Below, piece after piece: positions 9,385 to 14,870 of a stretch of 14,870 nt of DNA. Under the pieces are notes generated by a model. That model did not search any database and was not told the DNA's origin. It was given only the letters and a program-made list of their open reading frames with translations. The position numbers and the translations under genes were made by a program. The stretch is taken from assembly GCF_006345805.1 (NCBI RefSeq), contig NW_021825725.1, positions 1-14,870 on the forward strand. The letters are read 5' to 3'. Within the stretch, counting starts at the first letter, position 1. Each line of letters starts with the position of its first letter. The DNA is from Octopus sinensis (Eukaryota).

Positions 9385-9417
<33 letters not shown>
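9315..9417. repeat. Interrupted (TA)n microsatellite
   Basis: Direct reading. Confidence 0.95.
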
Positions 9418-10079
9418 CATTACCTACCCCTTTCAATAACTTCTCACCCGTACACATTCTTACAACAAATTGTTTACTCAGAATTACATACATTAGAATC
9501 TCGTCCTCTATTCAGCGGATACATGTACTCATTAACTATAAATCAACTCGGCGATCACTCAAAAATACTCTACAATTCACTTATAGTCGATTCCTTTCAC
9601 CCAATGGAAACTACTCACCTCAGCTCTGTCGTTCATGATACAATATCATAAAATCGTTTAGTCAATACCCCTCCCCCCCACTTCTTTTCACGAATAAAAC
9701 GTTTCCTTTTCTTCTGGTTTCTCATCTTGAAATTCTATATATTTTCTTCTATAGACTCTGTGACAATGAATAACAGCTTCTGGAAGATTCGTATGGATTT
9801 AAATGCTATTACATATATATATTCACCAATTTCAATGAGAACTGCGAGTTAAGAACATCCCTCGTGCTCTTGGGATAATGTTCAAAGCAAGTGACAAAGT
9901 TTTAATTGAATGCTGTGGATCAAGATGGCGTTACGTTACGCGTCAGCCTGTAAGACTATAATTTAAATCTGAGATGTACCTACTCTATAAATTGTATATT
10001 GTCAGAAATTTCCTCATCTATATTTACAGTAATGGCTTTCTTTCTCTCACTCGCTTTCTCTATCTCAGCCACTGAATCC

Positions 10080-10133
10080 CCCTTTCTTTCTTTCTTTCTT
10101 CTTCTTCTTCTCTCTAGTTCTCACTCTCTCTCT
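10080..10133. repeat. Polypyrimidine (CTTT/CTT/CT)n tract
   Basis: Direct reading. Confidence 0.85.
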
Positions 10134-10396
10134 AATGTGTTTTAGCCGTCATGCTTCCAGATAAGAATTTTGGATACACTTCTTCGCACAATTACGTTTA
10201 TATAAATATAAATAAACACATACTTGCATACATAACAATAGTCATTAAAGCATGCATAAATAGTTATACGTGTGCATGTGTGCATGCGCGCATGTGTCTG
10301 CATTCCTTTTATGTTCACCTACATTAAAAAGAATTTTAGATTAACCTGATGGGTTATTGTAGAATACAATTGGATTATTCTTGAACAAAAATACCA

Positions 10397-10481
10397 TTGA
10401 CGGTGCTTGCGACGTTTCGGCTAGTTAGACCTTCGTCAGTTGTTAACGATGGCTTAATAGCTGAAACTTCGAAGTGACTGT

Positions 10482-10484
<3 letters not shown>
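10397..10484. other. 88-bp imperfect palindrome made of two inverted hammerhead-like cores; probable Penelope-like terminal remnant
   Basis: Minus arm: CTGACGA-A-GGTCTAACTAGCC-GAA-ACGT-C-GCAAGCACCGTCAA. Plus arm: TTAACGA-T-GGCTTAATAGCT-GAA-ACTT-C-GAAGTGACTGTCAA. Centre at about 10441. Confidence 0.6.

Positions 10485-10530
<46 letters not shown>
10485..10530. repeat. (TA)n microsatellite
   Basis: Near-perfect TA run. Confidence 0.95.
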
Positions 10531-10538
<8 letters not shown>

Positions 10539-10539
<1 letters not shown>

Positions 10540-10846
10540 GAGGCGCAATGGCCCAGTGGTTAGGGCAGCGGATTCGCGGTCGCAGGATCGCAGTTTCGAT
10601 TCCCAGACTGGGCGTTGTGAGTGTTTATTGAGCGAAAACATCTAAAAGCTCCACGAGGCTCCAGCAGGGGGTGGTGATCCCTGCTGTACTCTTTCACCAC
10701 TCTTTCTCCCACTCTTTCTTCTGTCGGCCTGCTCGCTTAGCCAGCGGGGAGGCGTCATTTGAAGGCTAAAACAATGCGAAGCGTATTGTGACCAGCGATG
10801 TGTAGCAACATCTGATAGCCTGGTCGGTCACGGTGATCACGGTGAT
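10539..10846 (+). mobile_element. tRNA-derived SINE family C (head resembles tRNA-Arg); apparently full length
   Basis: A box TGGCCCAGTGG (10549-10559), B-box-like GTTTCGATTCC, CpG-rich, ends in (TCACGGTGA)2 and sits between TA tracts. Confidence 0.85.
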
Positions 10847-10859
10847 ATATATATATATA

Positions 10860-11253
10860 GGCGCAGGAGTGGCTGTGTGGTAAGTAGATTCCTTACTAAC
10901 CTCATGGTTCCGGGTTCAGTCCAACTGCTTTGCACCTTGGGCAAGTGTCTTCTTCTATAGCCTCGAGCCGACCATAGTCTTGTGAGTAGATATGGTAGAC
11001 GGAACCTGAAAGTAGACCGTCGTATATATATGTATATATGTATGTATGTGTGTATATATGTTTGTGTGTCTGTGTTCGTCTCCCTAACATTGCTTGACAA
11101 CCGACGCTGGTGTGTTTACATCCCCGTAACCTAGCGGTTCGAGCAAAGAGACCGATAGAATAAGTACTAGGCTTGCAAAGAATAAGTCTAGGAGTCGATT
11201 TGCTCGACTAAAGGTGTACTCTAGCATGGCTGAGGTCAAATGAGTGGAACAAC
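10860..11253 (+). mobile_element. SINE family A, full length
   Basis: Head GGCGCAGGAGTGGCTGTGTGGTAAG, B box GGGTTCAGTCC, CCTTGGGCAAGT (CORE-like motif), internal microsatellite, GTCGA-TTTGC-TCGAC hairpin. Confidence 0.92.
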
Positions 11254-11434
11254 TAATATTCATTCATTATGGTAGTCACTCGATGCTGAAAAACATGGTT
11301 GTGGAATTTCTTACTGAATGACCTGCAGAGATGATTTGTTTGTAACGGTCAAAAGATCCTTTGCTCACTAGGTCACTCTCTTCATCAACCCAGATGCACG
11401 ATATACCAGACACCAGGCGTCCAAGTGATCCCAG

Positions 11435-11504
11435 CCCACCGCCCTGTCCGGGTATTGAGCCCACGATCTCGTGATCATTAGCTCAACAGCCTAACCACTT
11501 GGAG
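11435..11504 (-). mobile_element. Degenerate tRNA-like SINE head, possibly a fourth family
   Basis: Minus strand CCAAGTGGTTAGG...GATCACGAGATCGTGGGCTCAATACCCGG has A-box-like and B-box-like motifs at tRNA spacing. Confidence 0.5.
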
Positions 11505-11511
11505 ATATTTT

Positions 11512-11762
11512 CTTTCGTTCTTTTATTGTCTTTTACTGGTTTCACTTATTTTACTGCGGCCTTGCTGGAGCATCACCTTGAGCGTTTTAGGGAAACAAAT
11601 CTACTCCATGAGTTATTTTTGAAAGTCTAATACTTACACTATCCGATAAGTTACTGGGACATAAACACACCAACATCGGTTGTCAAGCAGTGGAAGGGGA
11701 CAAATACAGACATAAAACCACACACTTACACTCATAGATTTACACACACACACATATGTATA

Positions 11763-11846
<84 letters not shown>

Positions 11847-11884
11847 CACGATGAACTTCTTTCAAGTAAAATTGTTTGCCAACA
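11512..11884 (-). mobile_element. Older, headless family A SINE with an expanded internal microsatellite
   Basis: Minus strand reads CTTGAAAGAAG, (TA)n, TTTGTCCCCTTCCACTGCTTGACAACCGATGTTGGTGTGTTTATGTCCCAGTAACTTA, then GCTCCAGCAAGGCCGCAG. Confidence 0.8.
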
Positions 11885-11936
11885 TAACATGTCACTCCTC
11901 GTTTAGGATGAATGTTGCTGTCATCTAGTCCCAGGA

Positions 11937-12362
11937 GACTTAATCCGTTTGTCTGTCCTTGTTTGTCCTCTCTGTGTTTAACCCCTTGTAGGTAGTAAAG
12001 AAATAGGTATTTCGTGTGTCATCACGTTCTGAGTTCAAATTCCGCCGAGGTCAACTTTGCCTTTCATCCTTTTGGGGGTCGATTAAATAAGTACCAGTTA
12101 CGCACCGCGGTCGATATAATCGACTTAATCCGTTTGTCTGTCCTTGTTTGTTCGCTCTGTGTTTAGCCCCTTGTAGGTAGTAAAGAAATAGGTATTTCGT
12201 CTGTCTTTACATTTTGAGCTCAAATTCTGCTAAGGTCGGCTTTACCTTTTATCCATTCGGGGTCGATAAATTAAGCAGCTGGTGCGTACTGGGGTCGATA
12301 TAATCGACTGGCCCACTCCCCCAAAATTTCGGACCTTGTGCCTAGAGTAGATAAGATTATAA
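11937..12362 (+). mobile_element. Headless family B array: about 1.4 copies of the 185-bp unit followed by a standard B body and tail
   Basis: GACTTAATCCG recurs at 11937 and 12122 (period 185). Ends CCTTGTGCCTAGAGTAGATAAGATTATAATT. Confidence 0.9.
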
Positions 12363-12894
12363 TTATAGTGGATAAAACGCAAAAATTGAAACCCCAGCGA
12401 GATTTGATACCAAAACGCAGGGAAGAAAGCAGAATAAATATTGCGCTAACAACTGTGTCAACGAGCCACACTTAGATGGTTGGATATGAAAAAGTATCAT
12501 AGACATTGTAAGATATGTAGAAATTTCAAGATTTATATACAAATTGGTAAAAGCTCTGTCGGTAACGTAGGTGTGTTATGTATAATTGTGCTCGTGTGCG
12601 CGTGTATGCGTTTATAGTTAAGCGTACGTGTGATTGTATGCAGTTGTCATGTTCAATAGGTGTATATTGATGAAGACTGTGAAATGCATAGGAATGTTCC
12701 ATCTTATAAAATTCCAAATTACATACCTCGCCTTTCATATCTCTCTTCTTCCTACTTTCATTTTTTTGTTTGATATATGTGTATCTATGCGTACACACAC
12801 ACACATACACCCACACATGCATACATATTACATATTTTGGCGTCAAGACTATAAGCATACATATATAAGTGTGCATATATACAAAATAGGTATA

Positions 12895-12903
12895 TACGTG
12901 TAT

Positions 12904-12947
<44 letters not shown>

Positions 12948-13044
12948 GAAGTATATGTATGCATATATATACGTATGCATGCATGTATATATGTATTCAT
13001 TTATATATATATATAGGCATATATATATATATACATATGTATAT

Positions 13045-13076
<32 letters not shown>

Positions 13077-13285
13077 ATATATACGTGTGTGTGATATATA
13101 TAGACATGCATATATGTGTGTATGTTAGTAGGCTTGCATACATATATAGTCATATATACATACACACATATATATATGTATATATGTATATCTATATATA
13201 TATATCTATATATATATATATATATGTGTGTGTGGTGTGTGGTGTGTGTGTGTGTGTGTTTGTGTGTGTGTGTATGTATGTATGA
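12895..13285. repeat. Compound degenerate (TA)n/(TG)n microsatellite
   Basis: Direct reading. Confidence 0.92.
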
Positions 13286-13393
13286 TGCATATATGTGTTA
13301 TTATGCGATGTATGTTTCAGTGACATTTAATTCATCGAATTGCGTACATCAACTTCAGGGAAGGTCACAGTTATACGAAACTCATTACCATGG

Positions 13394-13680
13394 TTACCAC
13401 CATCTTCCCATGTCGAATCGTGTCACGCTAACCCCGCAGATATAACGACTCTGGAAGCTTCTCCAATGAAAAGAAGTCCCTGATTCCTTGACTACAAAAT
13501 CGCAAATTCTATCCTGGTGTTCACTATCAACCGCATAGTCTTCTTCCCTCGGGTCATAAAACTCGTAAGGCCAGATCACAAAAAATGCACACCATTTCGA
13601 GGCATACCTCTCGATGGCATCAATGCACACTGGACTCTTCTCACTGCTATGGGGCCCCGCTTGCTAGATTAAGTGGTTAT
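13394..13680 (-). mobile_element. Possible decayed retroviral-type integrase core (Ty3/gypsy or Ginger-like)
   Basis: GC-richer island. The minus frame gives (HL[D]L)..AGP..SE..AIERYASKW..F, then 40 aa later SGTSF..RSFQ..GV, roughly matching integrase-core spacing (HxDxxGP, IDxFSKW, DxGxxF). The catalytic Asp residues are not intact and the intervening segment does not match. Confidence 0.4.
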
Positions 13681-13964
13681 TGCTCATAGCGCAATATTTT
13701 TCTAGTCATCGCTGACCGCTTCATTTTAACCAATCCTGTGGATAGCCTTTTCTCCTGTAGTTTGGATATCGGTCAATGCGGCATTTACTTTCTGGTGAGT
13801 TTGGCATCATGAATTTATGTCTTCCTGTACGAAACAATCGTCTAGCGAATTGAATAAATAAAAAGTTTTATACCATATTAACATCTAATCTCTTCCATTT
13901 CTAGAAAATATGATTAAATTTGTCGAACTTCGTTCTCTAACTTAAATTATATATCTAATATATA

Positions 13965-14358
13965 TGGTAAGTAGCTTGTTTACGAACCACATAGTTCCGG
14001 GTTCAGTCCCACTGCGTAGCACCTTGGGAAAGTGTCTTCTGCTATAGCCTCGGGCCGTCTAAAGCCTTGTGAGTGGATTTGGTAGACGGAAACTGAAAGA
14101 AGCCCGTCGTATATATGTGTATATATGTATGTGCACGCATGTTTGTGTGTCTGTGTTTGTCCCCCTAGCATTGCTTGGCAACCAGTGCTGGTGTGTTTAC
14201 GTCCCCGTCACTTAGCGGTTCAGCAAAAAAGACCGATTGAATAAGTACTGGGCTTACAAAGAATAAAGTCCCGGGTTCGAGTTGCTCGACTAAAGGCGGT
14301 GCTCCAGCATGGCCGCAGTCAAATGACTGAAACAAGTAAAAGAGTAAAAGAGTAAAAG

Positions 14359-14359
<1 letters not shown>
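13965..14359 (+). mobile_element. SINE family A, missing about 18 nt of the 5' end
   Basis: Runs from TGGTAAGTAGC to a tail of (GTAAAAGA)3; B box GGGTTCAGTCC is intact. Confidence 0.92.
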
Positions 14360-14361
<2 letters not shown>

Positions 14362-14414
<53 letters not shown>

Positions 14415-14452
14415 ATATATATATATATTATATATATATATATATATATATG
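14362..14452. repeat. (TA)n microsatellite
   Basis: Direct reading. Confidence 0.95.
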
Positions 14453-14870
14453 GTGTACGTGTTTATCTTCATTCAGTTGCATTAGCAAACAAATAAAGCA
14501 TATTTGTCCAAGTGTGCATTGTATTGCATTTTATCATTTTGCTGATGGGATAAATATGGATCACAAGCAATATTTTGTAATATTACGCTATGATTTATCT
14601 AATAGCCACACATAAAAACCAAGAGAGCGTATATGCGTGTATATATATATATAAACACATAAGACGTAAAATATGAATCTAGCTTCCTTTTACATCGAGA
14701 CGGTAAATAAATCAACGATTTCAGAATTATAAAAATCAATAAAATAAGGTCACCAGACCAAAATTTAAAAGAGGTAATGGCGTCAAATATAGTCTGGAAA
14801 GAAACGAAAGCCATCTTTGATGAGTGATACAGCATGGCCGCTCGAGTGATATAACATAACCGAGACAAAC

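Noticed and set aside
10542-10615. tRNA-Arg-like sequence as a true tRNA gene
   Set aside because: Acceptor and anticodon stems do not pair properly and the sequence continues into a SINE body; it is treated as a SINE head.
11276-11464. 62-aa minus-strand ORF (...CIWVDEESDLVSKGSFDRYKQII...)
   Set aside because: It starts inside a SINE-like head, matches no family I recognise, and has no convincing splice sites.
5169-11937. Idea that the two family-B arrays are halves of one element split by a 6.8-kb inversion
   Set aside because: The first array has its own TSD and the LINE frame continues across it; the two ends are also out of register.
14820-14870. CAGCATGGCCGC, resembling the family A 3' region
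   Set aside because: Only 12 nt match, at the window edge; too little to call an element.

Overview
AT-rich, microsatellite-saturated eukaryotic non-coding DNA whose repeat content (three or four tRNA-derived SINE families, R4/Dong LINE remnants, TA/CA/CATA/ATT tracts) points to a coleoid cephalopod, most likely Octopus; the organism call is inference from repeat-family recognition. No host protein-coding gene can be called with confidence, and nearly all supplied ORFs are translations of microsatellites or SINEs. Main content: (i) a decayed R4/Dong non-LTR retrotransposon mosaic at about 5070-8020, with a 3' piece (CCHC plus restriction-like endonuclease) on + and a 5' piece (UTR, N-terminus, RT domains 0-1) on -; (ii) about 12 SINE copies or fragments, including tandem about 185-bp SINE-derived units and a rearranged chimera; (iii) two small elements carrying minimal hammerhead-ribozyme cores of the Penelope-like type, one of them an 88-bp palindrome of two cores; (iv) a weak integrase-like remnant at about 13.4-13.7 kb. 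All alignments, translations and folds were done by eye.
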